DNA of 64,000 nucleotides from Oikopleura dioica (Eukaryota > Animalia > Chordata): contig OU015566.1 of assembly GCA_907165135.1 (NCBI GenBank), positions 5,394,001-5,458,000 on the forward strand, given 5' to 3'. How positions within the stretch are numbered: the first letter of the stretch is position 1; each line of letters opens with the position of its first letter. A program made the position numbers and the translations under genes. Below, one piece after another: positions 26,212-39,300 of this stretch. The notes beneath the pieces are model-generated. The model saw nothing but the letters and a program-made list of their open reading frames with translations, searched no databases and was not told where the DNA came from.

Positions 26212-26365
26212 GGCCAATCAGATATCCGCATTCGGCCAGAAGGCCAATCAGATTTTAGAAAAAATTGTCGCGAAAATTCGTCGACAATTTTTTGTCGCAT
26301 TTTTTGTCGACAAATTTTTTGTCGCATTTTTGTCGACAAATTTTTTGTCGCATGTTTGTCGACAA
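26212..26365. repeat. Tandem TTTTTGTCGCA/TTTTGTCGACAAA repeat with paired GGCCAATCAGAT boxes
   Basis: About 4 repeats of a ~24-26 nt unit at 26263-26365. Two ggccaatcagat copies at 26212 and 26242. Confidence 0.7.
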
Positions 26366-26442
26366 GCAGCCCTGTTGAAAGTACTGTCAATCTTTAGGTA
26401 ATTCTGTCACCCTAAAATTTTCTTGAAGTAAGTCTCAGTTAC

Positions 26443-26703
26443 CTGCGATTGGAACAACAATTTCATTATTGATCACGTGTCTCTTCGAAGTTATATCTTC
26501 CAGTTTCTTCGTGTTCTGGTCTTGAATGTCCGTGATGATTTTGCACAGCAGCAAAATGATGATGAGCAGGAGAACTTTCAAAAAATGTCTAAAAGAAAAG
26601 AAAATCTTCGGACAGTACCTTGGCATTTATCAAAAGAGCGTCTAAACCTCCTGAAGAAGCTGCCGAATAGACTCGGTTGTTCCACTTGCTTTGAGCTTCC
26701 CAT
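26443..26703 (-). CDS. Candidate alternative first exons (cytoplasmic tail + TM) of the sulfotransferase
   Basis: MGSSKQVEQPSLFGSFFRRFRRSFDKCQ/[intron]/HFLKVLLLIIILLLCKII...VPIA G|GTAAC (phase 1). No other downstream exons are available. Confidence 0.55.
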
Positions 26704-27277
26704 TGTCCTCGCTTCTTTAAAAAAGTAATTTCTTGTTTTATGTTTTAGCCGGGAAGTGATTAATTTTGACTTACTATGCGTGACTTTTTTAATTTTCGGA
26801 ATTTCAATCTTTCCAGCACTCGTTTTTTTTCGTTTGTTTTCTCTCTTATCAAAAAAGAAAAAATGAAAAATGCTCCGAAAAAGCAAAAAAAGTTGAACTG
26901 AGCCGCCGAGAAGTTAATCCTCTGCCGATTTTGTTTCAGAGATTTTTAACCAAACGAGGATTTTTAGGACAACGGTTCTGAAACCGAATCGCCCGATGCC
27001 GGTGGTAATTCACCGGCAAGACGTAACCCGTGTTATTTTTGTTGCATAAGGTAATTTTTACTTTTTGGAGAAAGTTAATAAGCGAGGTCTATTTATGATT
27101 ATAAGGTGCTCGCTTTTATGGATTGGGGCTGGTCATAAAATTTGATTTTTGTTGATGGGAGACCATGTTATTTTTTCATCGTGACATCAAGAACCAGGAA
27201 ATCATCAGAAGCGTCGCTTATGAAAACCAAACTATGAAGAAGAGTTTCAACTTTGGTCTTTTTCGCTGAGCTGAGCT

Positions 27278-29108
27278 TGTGATATTCTGGCCTGAATCGG
27301 AGTCTAAGAGTAGTTGCCGCTAGTACTCTTGTTTTGGTTAGACTGATTTATTATAAAATTGGAGAGAAGAGGAGCGTAAGGAAACAGCTGACTGTACGAG
27401 ACAGTCAGCTGGGTGCACAGGAAATGAGGCTTGGTTTAGCTATTAATAGGCTTTGATTGACAGGCTGGAACTGCATCTAAGCCGGAATATCTCACCCTAC
27501 CCCCACTAAGGGAAAAGGTGAGCTTGGTCGACAAGCCTCACTGATAGTGAGTCACTATGAGGTAAGTTGAGCACACAAAAAGCACACAAAAGGGATTTTC
27601 TTGTTGAAGTCGTAGATAAGGGATAATCGTAGAAGTTATGTACAGTAGTAAACTATCTTGTTCATTCAGCAAACGTGGGCATTGCACCAGAGGCGGTGAT
27701 TGAATCAGCGACAAGGATGATCTGCAGAGGTTAGTTGGTAAAAAGGTTGTTAGTAGAAAGAGGGCCTTGACAATCAAGGCTGTGTTTAAAATCATGGCTG
27801 AAAATAAAGAAAATACAGTTAATAACATTTGACAACGTAAATGTATATCAAAGGAAAATATAAAGAAAGATGGGAGAGAGAAAGAGAAGAGGGCCTAATT
27901 AGAAGGTTAAGTCTAGTCTGATCTTTTTTCAGGAGAAATGGTCTGGTTTCTTTGAAAACATTGTTGAAAATAGACATAAAAATTAAGAAAATGCCTTTTA
28001 TGTATATAAATATGATAGCCGAAATCGACCATGTAATTGAACTGTGCGAAGCTAGTATATTTTCGAAACCCGTGACCAAATTGCAGAAACTGTTTAACCC
28101 CGCCATTACCAGTGGCTAGTTCCGTGGGTTCCGACATAGCACTTTTGTCGGGCAAGTAGTCAACGCGCACGCCTTTCCCCTCCCCGCAATACAAAATGGT
28201 CAGCAAAAATGAGTTTGAAAATCATACCCTGCGGCGAGTCGATTACAGAGTACTTTCGTGCGCGGCAAGTGTGGTTTGAACATTAGGATTTGGCTAGCTA
28301 CAAGGTCGGAAGCCTCACATTCATATCCAAGGCTAAGCATTTCTTCCTTTTTGTGACCGTTTTCATTCATAGAAGATTTTCATGAAAAAATTTTAATCAC
28401 TCAAAATTTTAATTAATCACTTATTAAAATATACTTAAGGCTCTAAAATTATTTAAATAGTAAAAATCCAAGTGTATAAGATCCTAATTTCTCTCTCTAT
28501 CCATCATTGATAATTGTGCTTAAGATAAAGCGAAAGTAGGAAGAGCAGTAGGCGTCATTGATGGTGCTGAAACGGGAACTTCTACTGACCATTGTGAAGT
28601 TTAGTTGACAGCAATGTGATCGTGAGACGGAACTGGTTGTGCTGAAGAAGTCGTCATTGACGGCGAAGCAAGGGTTGTTTGAGGAGAAGTCAGCATCATT
28701 GCTAGTGATACAGGCGTTGCATTGGCTGCTTCGAGTGGCTGCACCGGCGGTTCTGGAACAAGAGTAGAAATATGACGATTTTGTTGACTGGCTCGATCGT
28801 TGATCGTTTCCTCTATTTTTTAATTCTCTTGGTTGACTGGGTTTCTTCGGGGCGTTTTCTCAAAAAAGTTTTTGTTTTATTCAGTCACCAGTGTGATATT
28901 CTGGCCTGAATCGGAGTCTAAGAGTAGTTGCCGCTAGTACTCTTGTTTTGGTTAGACTGATTTATTATAAAATTGGAGAGAAGAGGAGCGTAAGGAAACA
29001 GCTGACTGTACGAGACAGTCAGCTGGGTGCACAGGAAATGAGGCTTGGTTTAGCTATTAATAGGCTTTGATTGACAGGCTGGAACTGCATCTAAGCCGGA
29101 ATATCTCA
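27278..29108 (-). mobile_element. Non-autonomous LTR retroelement (TRIM-like), 1831 bp, very recent
   Basis: Identical 217-bp LTRs (27278-27494, 28892-29108) bounded by TG...CA. AGCT TSD (27274-27277, 29109-29112). Minus-strand PBS TGGTGAC (28884-28890) and purine tract at 27495-27507. No pol. Confidence 0.93.
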
Positions 29109-29460
29109 AGCTGAGTAGAAATTTCTCTTATTGAGCTGAGCTGGCCTTTTTGAGAAATCATTGACTTGAGCTGAGCTGAGTAGACCTTTTCGAAGGCTAT
29201 TGAGCTGAGCTGAACTAAGCAGACACAATTTTGAAATGAGCTGAGCTGAGTGAGCTGCGCTGAGCAGATTTTTACTGTAGTAAAAGAAGCAAAATTGTGT
29301 GAGCCGAGCTGGTCCTCTCAGAAAATCATTGAATCCAGCTGAGCTGAGCTGACAGTCAGCTGCTGACTAGTCTCAAAATTCATCGAGTAGAGCTGAGCTG
29401 AGCTGAGCAGCGAAAATTCTCTTCTGAAAATTGCTCGCTCAGCTCACTCAGCTCACTATA
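29109..29460. repeat. GAGCT/CTGAG pentamer-rich repeat element, interrupted by the LTR element (left part at 27265-27277)
   Basis: Many tgagctgagctgag blocks. Orientation flips at ~29435 (ctcagctcactcagctc). Confidence 0.75.
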
Positions 29461-29753
29461 TTTGCAAGTCTGTCTGACTGTCAGACTCTGACAGAAGAAA
29501 TTGATGATTTGATGATTATTCCTTTTAGGGAAACAGTTTTTTCTTTCAAAAATTTTAAATACAATCCTGATACTGTGAAACTCTAAATAAAAGAGTCTTT
29601 GCTTGTTTCTGGAAGCAACTGCATTTGGAAATTGCATCAAAGTGAGACGGACAAAGAATAATATCTTCGTAAAGATTTAACTGTCCCTTCAAAACTTGGA
29701 AGTTGGGGGCAGTGCCAGGGCATTTGTCTGTCTTTGTAGAACCAGAGAAGGAA

Positions 29754-32093
29754 ATGAGCTGCGAAGATTGTCTGCCCTGGCAGGATTATGCAGTCTTTGG
29801 CTAAGGGTTTTGATACTAAAGAATAAAGTGTGTTTGAAAATAATCAAGCTCGAAACTCAAAGAAGATGTTTGCTAATTGTGTCGATTTCCGTGGGAATTT
29901 ACTTCTCGTATCAAGAAAGAAATCAGTCTTCGGAAGCTTATCTTTTGGTAAGAGTCTCAAAGTAGAAGATCAAGTGCTCAAGAATTATAAAAATCAAGAA
30001 TAATGACGCGATGAATCCGTATGCCGCTGGTCTTTCTATCTTCGTCTCCCTAATCTCCGCCCTAACTGTAATCGCGATGCCTGTAGAAATCTACGTCTAT
30101 GGAAATGGAATGATCTGGCGACTAGAAACAGGTCAAAAAGATGAACTCTTTTTTGAGTTCAAAAAATAGAGCAATATTTGCGCTCGTGGCAAAATTTTCA
30201 ACTGACAAAACTTTATGACAAAAAAAGTCAATTGAATCTTTTGACCTGAATCGAAGCTGGCGGCATTATTGGTGCGATTATTTTGAACGAAACTTTTGTC
30301 CCATTTCTTCATAAATTGAAGACTTTTTCGATTTTCAGGAAAGTATTTTGAACTGCTCAAAATATACTCTTCCATGTCTTCCAGTCTAAAATGCTCAAAA
30401 AAGTTACATCGAGCAGCGATTTAACCGCTCAAAAGCAGTCATGATCATTTCCCTCGTTCTTGGAATCATTGCCATGATTTTTCACACAATGTGTCTCTGC
30501 TATCTTACTGCTTTGGCGCTCAATACTGTCACTGGAATTTCGGTGCCGATGAGTTTGTTCATGCTCAACGGAGTAGCGCTGTTCTATACGATGCTTGGGG
30601 GAATGAAAGCTGTTATTTGGACGGATGTGCTTCAATCTGGAGTTTTAGGTAAGAAAAAGAAGCTGCAACGAGAAGTTATAATTCTTTCAGTCTTTTCTCT
30701 GGCCGCCGTTTCCTTCAAATTATGGTTCGATCTTGGCTACGAAAAAATTCTAGCAGACGTTGGAGAATCCGGCGGAAACAAACTTGGGGACATCTTCGAT
30801 TGGCGCATTACAACCAGATCTTCCGCAGCTTGGTTTTTCAATGAAATCAATCTGATGGTCTGTCACATTGGCTTTGGACAATATTTTGTTCAAAGATTCG
30901 TTTCTTGCGCGACCCCGAATGACGCGAAAAAGAGCATTTGGGTTGGAGCAAGTGTTTCGCTAATTGTTGGAGGGATTTTTATTCCAATGATTGGGATGGC
31001 GAGTATTTCTTACTTCAAAGGCTGCGACCCAGTCAAGGTAAGATCTTGCTCAATTCTCTCTCCAGCGATTCTAGAGCGGGAAAATCCCGAGAATCGACGC
31101 GATCGTCCCTTATTTGGTGCAGGAAATCTTCAAAGAGATTCCCGGAATGACTGGTGTCTTTATTTCTTCAGCATACAGCGCCACTCTTTCCACAATCTCA
31201 ACCGCTTTGAATTCCGGGGCAACGATTTTTTTCAAGTCTGTGATCGGAAACGTCGAAATCAAGGAAGAGAAACAGATTTTATACATGCGAATTTTTATTA
31301 CCAGTAAGAATGATTAATCCGATGCTTTTTATATTTTTAGTTTTCGGAGTTTGTGTCACGTGTTTGTCGATGCTGTTTATGTGGATGCCCGGAAATATCA
31401 TTTCAATTGCGTTGATGGTTCTTGGCTCATTTCAAGCGCCGTTGACGATGATTTTCTTGCTCGGAATTCTCGTCCCCTCTACAAATGAATACGGAATCAT
31501 AGGTATTTCCCGCAAAAGCTTTCTTTTCTGATCAATATTCAGCTGGGACATTCGCTTCTCAAATTCCACTGGCTCTTCTTTCCTGCCAAAAACTATTCTT
31601 CCACAAACCTGCTTCTTTTCAAAACTTGGTTCATCACACAGCCGATGTTTGTCTCAATGTTTCCTCAGTTACAGTTCTTCTCGATCCTGCCCCAGAAGTG
31701 ATTGAACCGAGCTATCCTTGGTGGCACAGAATATTTTGGGTGTCAAAAGTCGGATGGAATGGTCTCCTCTCTATGGCGATTATGGGCGGCGTTAGTTTTG
31801 TTGTCTCGAAGATTTTCAAGGACGAAAATTCTGAACCCAATCCGGATCTGCAACTTTCTCTCTTTACGTCTCCCAAATGGCCGAACTTTCTGCGGAATGC
31901 GTTTTTACTAGGATTGATTTTCAAAAACCCGATAAGATTTTTTGGGAATCAAGAGTGAAAATCAGATGCAGACTGCCATAAAAATCAAAACTTCAAGAGA
32001 AGCGAAGAACAACCATTGAACGAAAACTCGGACTCGAAACAGATATCTGAAGGAGTCAAATTTTCACTGTCACTTGAAAATAACAAAGCATAG
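29754..32093 (+). CDS. SLC5 sodium/solute symporter (SMVT/SMCT/NIS-like)
   Basis: ISVGIYFSY, AGLSIFVSLISALTVIAMPVEIYVYG, YTMLGGMKAVIWTDVLQ, QYFVQRFVSC, PGMTGVFISSAYSATLSTISTALNS. Start approximate. Confidence 0.93.
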
Positions 32094-32257
32094 CCGAACA
32101 CTAAGAATTGAAAACAATTCAACGCAAAATTTTTTCAGTTCTTATTAATTCGAATTGTTTCACCAGAAACTTCTTCTTTTATTATGAAAGTCGAATTGAA
32201 ACATGCACAGGGATTATTGAGTAAAAAAGAATATCATAATTGTTCGAATTCCGCAAT

Positions 32258-34094
32258 TTAAAGTGCAGATTTGACGCCGCAAGGGTAGACTTTGATGTTC
32301 TTGTGAGACTTGCGAGTTTCGCCCTTGACGTTTTCAATCCACTTCAACTTTGGATCCGTGACATGAGTATTGTTTTCTTCCGAGTACAGCCACACTTTGG
32401 ACTGTTTTGAGTTATCAAAAAAGCTCTTCAAGAGAATAAAACTAATTCTAATGTTTAACTTTTTTGAACTGCTCCTGATCTCCATTTCTCTGAGGGCCGA
32501 CAGCCCATCGACTACCCAGTCGGTAAATGTAGATTTTCTGGTACTCGGGCCGCGTTGTATGTCGAGCGATGTAGAACATGTCGCTCTGAAAATAATAAAG
32601 ATAGAAAATATGATTAAGGAAGTACCGTTGAGCCCATGCATCGGCCCCGAACAAGATCATAGTAGCCAGTGACACCTGCGTTGTGGACATTCTTCCATGG
32701 ATTAATGTTACGATCGCCAATGAAGACCATTTCATCGTCTTCTACATCTTTTTGGAATTGCTACATTCAGGTTAAAAGATCGCTCTTGAGTTAAAAAAAG
32801 AACCTGGAGTCGTTTTCCCTTCCACATGATAGGTCCGTGGTACCAGACTTCATCAGCGGCTCGATGGGGAGTGTAAGCGCCGAGGAGGTTGTCAGAAACG
32901 TTCTTTGGCAAAGGCTTGGAGTCTCCTGCGGGGTTTTCTGGGGTTTCGGCAAAGTATGGGATCTGAAGTTCGGGTTTTTGAATTGAGACAGTTTTTTCTT
33001 ACTCGTTCGTTCGGCTGATCCAATTGGTCGATCTCCACTGATGTTGGAACAATCTGGTCATTATCATCAACTCTGTACCACTGAGTTGATCGATTTACTC
33101 GCTCCTTTGCCATCTTCTTCGTGAACAACCAGCAGTTCTTGTCCCGGTAGTCGGGTCCGATTCGCCATCGTCCGCCGAGATGATAAAGGTAGACGTAAGT
33201 GTTTTCCGAAAGCGGCTCTGGAGTGGGAGCTCGCTTCACTGGTTCTTCAATTACTGGCTCGGGCTCAGGAGAAGGAGTTGGTGGAGGAGGAGTTGGGGTT
33301 CGCACTTTTCCTTCAGGACACCAGGTTCGATCTCGTGGCATTCGGCAACGTCGCATAAGATAATCTAGAAAATAAATATTATTTTTCCTTATATAATTCT
33401 TGATAAATTTATTTCACTTTCTTATATAAGCCTCACCTGGTTCCCCGAATCGGCTTGACTCTCGACGATCCCAGAACCCGATCAATGGCTGTTTCCAGGG
33501 AGAAGAAGCGCTGTGAGAGATACTGTACTCATTCGCGTACTTGTCGGCGTAGTGATGCTTGATCAGAAATCGTCGGAACTCGGTCGGAGTGGTTTCGCCT
33601 CTGACAGATCGGTACTCCCACCAGTTGATGCCATCGTGGCACTCGAGAACTTGGCGGAAAAATTCGTCGAAGGTTGCCGCTTCGCAGTCGCTGAAATGAA
33701 AATGAGCGCTTTTCTTGCCAAAATTTCATGACAAATTGGCCATTCCTCTTTTCATACCTGACCATCCAGCAGTCACACTTGGTCGGATCTGGCCCAACTC
33801 TCCAAGTCTTCTGCTCGCCTTTGTAAACATAGCAGTTGATTCGCTCAAAGTCAAAGTTGTCGTTAGCATCTTCTGGGTAAGAGGACTCCCCATCGACGAG
33901 CCGTTCCGATCTCGAGACGTCCAAAAATCCCGTCATCTTTCTCTATATCTCGCTGTTTTGGCGAAAGAAAGCTATTAACCCAAAGAGTCTCGATTTGGCC
34001 GAAAACCTTGCGATAAACGAGTACCAGTGAGCGATCATTCAAGTCGTAAACGCAGAGGCATTTTCTTTTCACGATTGCTAATAAATTTTGGCAT
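32258..34094 (-). CDS. Orphan protein with three YxY...WxxGP repeat domains
   Basis: YVYKGEQKTWRVGPD, YLYHLGGRWRIGPD and YIYRLGSRWAVGPQ in successive exons, with a Pro-rich linker. Ends approximate. Confidence 0.6.
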
Positions 34095-34481
34095 TCTTCA
34101 ACTACTCATTTTCACGATAAAAAAGATGGAGGAGATATAGAAAAAACCCTTCATTGATAGAAATATGCTGAAAAATGAGATTTCACGATAAAACAGGTTC
34201 TTTTTCGTACTTTTTTTCTGAGCGACGTTGTAAAGTTTACAATGCAAAAGGCAATAAAAAAATTTGTCGGCGGAATCATAAAAGATTTTCTTGACAATAC
34301 GGTTTTAGGAAAAGCGCAGGAATAAACTATGAACGCGAATGTTAAGATTTTTCATTTATTGTCCTAAAATTTGTAATAAAAAGAGGGTAACAGTCAGTTT
34401 TGAGGGAAAGGAATTGATAATGATGACTAAGATGAAAAAAAAAGTTTGTGAAGGAAATCAGAAAGTTGAATGCTGGAACTT

Positions 34482-34709
34482 TTACTGATGAAATTGCATG
34501 CCAGAGCAGCGGGAAATCTTCTGTCGCATGCATTTCTGCATCTTCGACTGTCGGTAGCCCCCGATGCATATCATGTAAATCGTGTCCAAGGCACACTCAT
34601 TGTTGATTCGTTCCTGGAATGCTTTTTGCATCCTCCACTTGTTGGGCATCATTCCGCGTCCAGCAACGAGAGATGCAAGAAAGAGAGTAGCTTTGATGAT
34701 TGAGACCAT
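34482..34709 (-). CDS. Small secreted basic 4-Cys peptide (75 aa)
   Basis: Intronless MVSIIKATLFLASLVAG signal plus a mature region with 4 Cys. TATATAAG at ~34785-34792 upstream. Confidence 0.65.
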   Translation of the reverse strand: MVSIIKATLFLASLVAGRGMMPNKWRMQKAFQERINNECALDTIYMICIGGYRQSKMQKCMRQKISRCSGMQFHQ

Positions 34710-36377
34710 TTTCGATTGTTGTTTTTTGAATGTTGATGCTTTGTTTGAGAAAAACTGCTTGTGGTCGAAGAAAGTAGAAGGCTGCTTATATACCCTACCT
34801 TCTGTACGTTTCCTAATGATGTCGCTAGAAAGCGAGGGCGTCACTATCGTAGATGTCGCTTCAGATACTGAGGCCCTGAGCACAACAGCCAGTATTTTAC
34901 CATATTTAGCATAGCATAGTAGCTCGCCAAAAACAGTGCTTCATAATTATTCCTGTTAATTTCTGTACGAATAAAAAATTATAGAAATTGTCTTGATTGA
35001 TCATTAATTTAATGCAATCACCTTTTCGGTAAACCAGTGAATCAGAATCGAGTCAATTTTAAACAAAGCGACTCAGATCCGAGTTCGGTGCAGCAAACAT
35101 TGAAAATTTTCGCCTATGACGCAGGTGCGCCACCACCGCCACCGAGGACCCGCGGTCTGTCCGATATACCGTGTGTGCATGTCCGACAACTTGTGGAAAC
35201 GATAAGTGACCTTTTGCTCTGAGACAGTGACTTTCCCGCGTCTGAAAAAACGACCACGGAGAGGCAACTAAACGCTGGTTGAAAAAGTACCATTTTTTAT
35301 ATATTTTTTGGAGAGAGAGAGAGAATAAGAAGCAAAAGAATCGAAAGAAGCAGAAGAATAGAGAGAAGGAGTAGCTGAAAAATGAAGCTCTTACCGACAC
35401 TTGCAGGCTTGATGGCCACGGCAAATGCGTCGTTGGATATGACGAATTTGAATATGGCTAATGATGATGGTAAATAGATTGTAGAACGTTGAATTTGATT
35501 GAATAAGAAAATGATGATTGAAGATTCTATAGAAAAGTCCTGATTAACTTTGACTGATGAAAAAATTGTGCTTAGTCAAGTTTAGCTAACGAAGCAATGT
35601 GGAAAGAATTTTTATATAATTTATTATATAATTTTTTTATGTAACACAAATGATGCTGCATAATTGTCCCCAGACCGTCATGCTCGGATTGTTTTATTTC
35701 TATTCACGGTTAAATACGATTCTCATCGAGGCGAAAGAATTTGATTTCAAACTTAGTTATTTTTGACTAAACTCGTCAATCAAATTATAAAGAAATTCGT
35801 ATAGCATTTGGGATGCATATTGATTAATATTAAAATCATCAGAGAAAAACGTCGTAGATAGAGTTTTTTTTGGAAAAACACAAGGTTTAATTTTCGCTAT
35901 ATTTTTGGCTGACCTTTCGTTTTTTGACGACTTCGTGAGAAATGCCCTGAAATTTATACAAAAATAACAAGCTTCAGAGAGGAGCAGCGCTCTGACATTT
36001 GGTACTATTTTGGAAGGCTCTGTTAGACACAAAAAGCATGTAATCTGAAAAGACTAATTAGTTCCCACTTTTTTTAATTGGCTTGTTCTACTGTAAGCTT
36101 ACTCATAGATGTAAGGTTTTTCAGTTCTTTTGATTGAACTATTCTCGTTTTTTTTGCAGCTAGAATTTTACTTTGCTGCGATTCAGCCTTTTTTCAGATA
36201 AAAAATGATAATGGAGAGTAGAACCTTAATTTCATAATTTAAACCGCCCAAAATCATAATTTCATCATTTTTTTAAAAAGAATTATATAAATTGCCGCGT
36301 TCGCAAAATCTTGCACTGCGGTTTTTTGACATTTTTGATTTTCGATCATTATTTCCGCCTCGTCCTCTAACATCGGC

Positions 36378-39300
36378 AATGACCTAATCGGCCAGCTTCA
36401 GCGACCTAATAATGACGAAACCGTTTCTTTTAGCATTCGCCTGGTTAGAGCCGAAAACACGGATCCGACGTGAGGGAGATTTCGACGATGAAGAGGTCAA
36501 GGAGTTTTCCGCGATGAGGGAGCAGCAGTTGTCTGAAGAAGAGGTTTTCCGGAAGCTGAAAGAATTGCTGAAGAAGGAGCTTGAAAAAGACCCGTTTTCT
36601 GGGCAAGTCGCGCTGCTGAAATCGGCGATTAAAAAGAAAAAGAAGAAAGTTGGATACTGGAAAAATAAGTCACCCACGAAGAAACGTAAGTTTTTATGCT
36701 TATTTATATCCTTACGAGCATATCGACCAATAAATTGGTAAAAATTTCTTTCAGGCGAAATTTTCGAGAAAAAAACGCTTTTTGACTCAAAAATTTTCTA
36801 TTATTTTCACCGAAAGGATATTTTCCAACAAATTGGTCAATATGCGCGAAAGGGTTAAAAGCCAATTGAACCTTCCAAATCCTGGAAAGGAAATTTATGT
36901 TTGGAGAAAAAAATGACCGATTTTTAATTTCGACTTTCGATTTCTAAAAATACGGATTAGAAAGTAACGAGGAACTCTCAACTGAAATCGCTCGCGGTCT
37001 GATGAGTAAATTCAAGCTCAAGGAAGTCGATGCCAAGCTCGACGAGGAAGGTTTGTCAATTTTAATTTCAAGCGCTTGAAATTAAATTGTTTGGATCGTT
37101 ATTTTCAATTAACTAATAGTGACCATGATTGATAACGAGTTGATGCAGTTGATTGAGAAAATCAGAAAAGAAAAGGGCGGAAAGGGAATCACTTTCAAAG
37201 GCGACAGGGAAGGAAATGTGCCAAAAGTTAAGGGCTTCAATCGAAGAGTCCTAGGGCGAAAACTGACTGCGGAAGAGCAGAAACAACGTGATTTTCGCAT
37301 GCGATTTTTTTAATCAAAAAAGAGGGAGGGAACAGAATCAAAATTTGATTCTTGAATATTTTTTATCTTTTGGTGTTCTTTCTTTGTTGACTCTTTTTTG
37401 AAGTCTCTTTTTACCATTTTTTCAGGTGAAAAAATCCGAGCCGCGCGACGAAGAAGAAAAGAACTCCGCCGACTTGAACAAATTCGCCGAAAAGAATGGC
37501 GCCTTGCTCATCGAGACCCGGAAACTGGCGATTACGACGAATACGGAGCTTTTCCAGGACTTGCTGAGTTAGAGACTGTCGACAAGAAACAAGCGAGGAA
37601 GGAACGAAGACAGAAGAGGAAGAAAAACTCGGAGAAGAGGAAAAATGCGAAGAAACAGAAAAAGAAGGGGTCGAAAAATGGCGTGGATAGAGGGACTTTC
37701 TCAAGGAAAGAGTTTGAAAAGAGATATTGAAAAAGCTTAAATATTGATAAATCAGATTTTTCTTCAATCAGCTTGAACTTTATCAGAACATTCCAATTTA
37801 CAAGACCAACAACGAAGCCAACAGTTTTGACGACAGTGCCAGTCATCACAACAACGACATCGACAACAACAACAACAACCACCACGACAACAACAACCAC
37901 TACAAGGAGGGTGTACAACTAAATCATTAAATCATTCTGTTAATTCAAATTTCCATCCGTTTCGAGACAAACCTGGCCCCGTCAAACAACCAAAAAGTTC
38001 GGCAGGGAAAGAATCTACAACGCCATGGATTTCTTTGAGAACGAAACCTTCCTTAACGCTACTATAAATAGGTTTGCCCCTTTGTTTTCATCTTTTTTTC
38101 GGTGAATCTAATTTTACCAAAAGTCTTGAATACGCCGAATACCAATTTGCGGTGCTCAACGCTGGTCGAATGGATGATTTTGAAGGCATTCAGACGCTCG
38201 AAAAGTATCAGCTTCTCAAGGTACCAAAATATCTCAAAAACCAGTGTTGACAAAATTCGCTAGCTTATGATGCTGTATTTGCAGCCAAGGGAATTCCAAG
38301 ACTGGAATCGATTCTCTCAATACGGCTGCCATTGCTTCCAATCCTTCGACACTCAATTTTGGAAAGGCAAGGGCGTCCCAAAAGACGAAATTGACAAGTA
38401 CGCGCTCCTTTCCTCCCTTTTTTCACACTTTCAGGACCTGCCGCAAGCTTGGCATGTGCTACCACTGCATCAAGAACGACAATCCGGACGGCAGCTGCGA
38501 CCCGCTGATGCAATACGACTTCATGGGCCTGCAAGATCCAACAACGGGCGAGCGGTTCATCGAGTGCCGTTAGTTTATTTACACTTATGTTTGGCTCAAC
38601 AGGTTTTTAAGTAAACGAGATGGGAAGCTGCCAGCGAAATATTTGCGAATGTGATCGGCAAATGGCCATGAATCTCGCCAAACAGACTGAAACTTTTAAC
38701 ATCAATTACGATCCAATGTAAGTTTAAGACTAAAAAGTCGGGTTTTTCTTTGACACATTCAATATCGGGGTCGACGAGAATTTTTTCAGGGTCGATCGGA
38801 ATTTCGCGTACACACATGGTTTGCCTATGAATCTTTTATTTTTGGAATCTTCAGATCCTGACGAATCTGTTGAGCCCAAAATCACTCGATAAAAATAAGA
38901 TTTAGGGGATGAAATTAAGAAAATTGTAAAAAATGACCATTTTTGGTGTATTTTCGAGAAAATGGTTCTACTCAGACGGGATTTTTGACCGATTTTTTCT
39001 GGCTAAAATTTTTCTACTTTTCGCCGGTTTATTTTTTCAACCCTTTTCTATTCATTTGTATGTGTTGACGTTTTAAGTATGAGTTTCCATCAGTTTATTG
39101 TGTTTAACGTTTTCGAGCAAAGAGCTCTTCTTCAGAACACTAAAAGAGAGACTACTGTAGAAATAATTGGAACAGAAAAGTGGAGTAACCTGTAACCTTG
39201 TAAGGATGGGACTGACTGAAATTTTCTAGGTGTCATAAACTTTGGCAAAAACAGAGCGTCTAGAAGATTTTACGTGCGCCGTAGGGGCGAGAATGACAGG

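Noticed and set aside
26263-26365. Regularly spaced repeats resembling a CRISPR array
   Set aside because: Eukaryotic context, no unique spacers, no cas genes. It is a simple tandem repeat.
35037-35424. GC-rich stretch with overlapping short ORFs on both strands
   Set aside because: No convincing start, splice pattern or motif, so no frame could be chosen.
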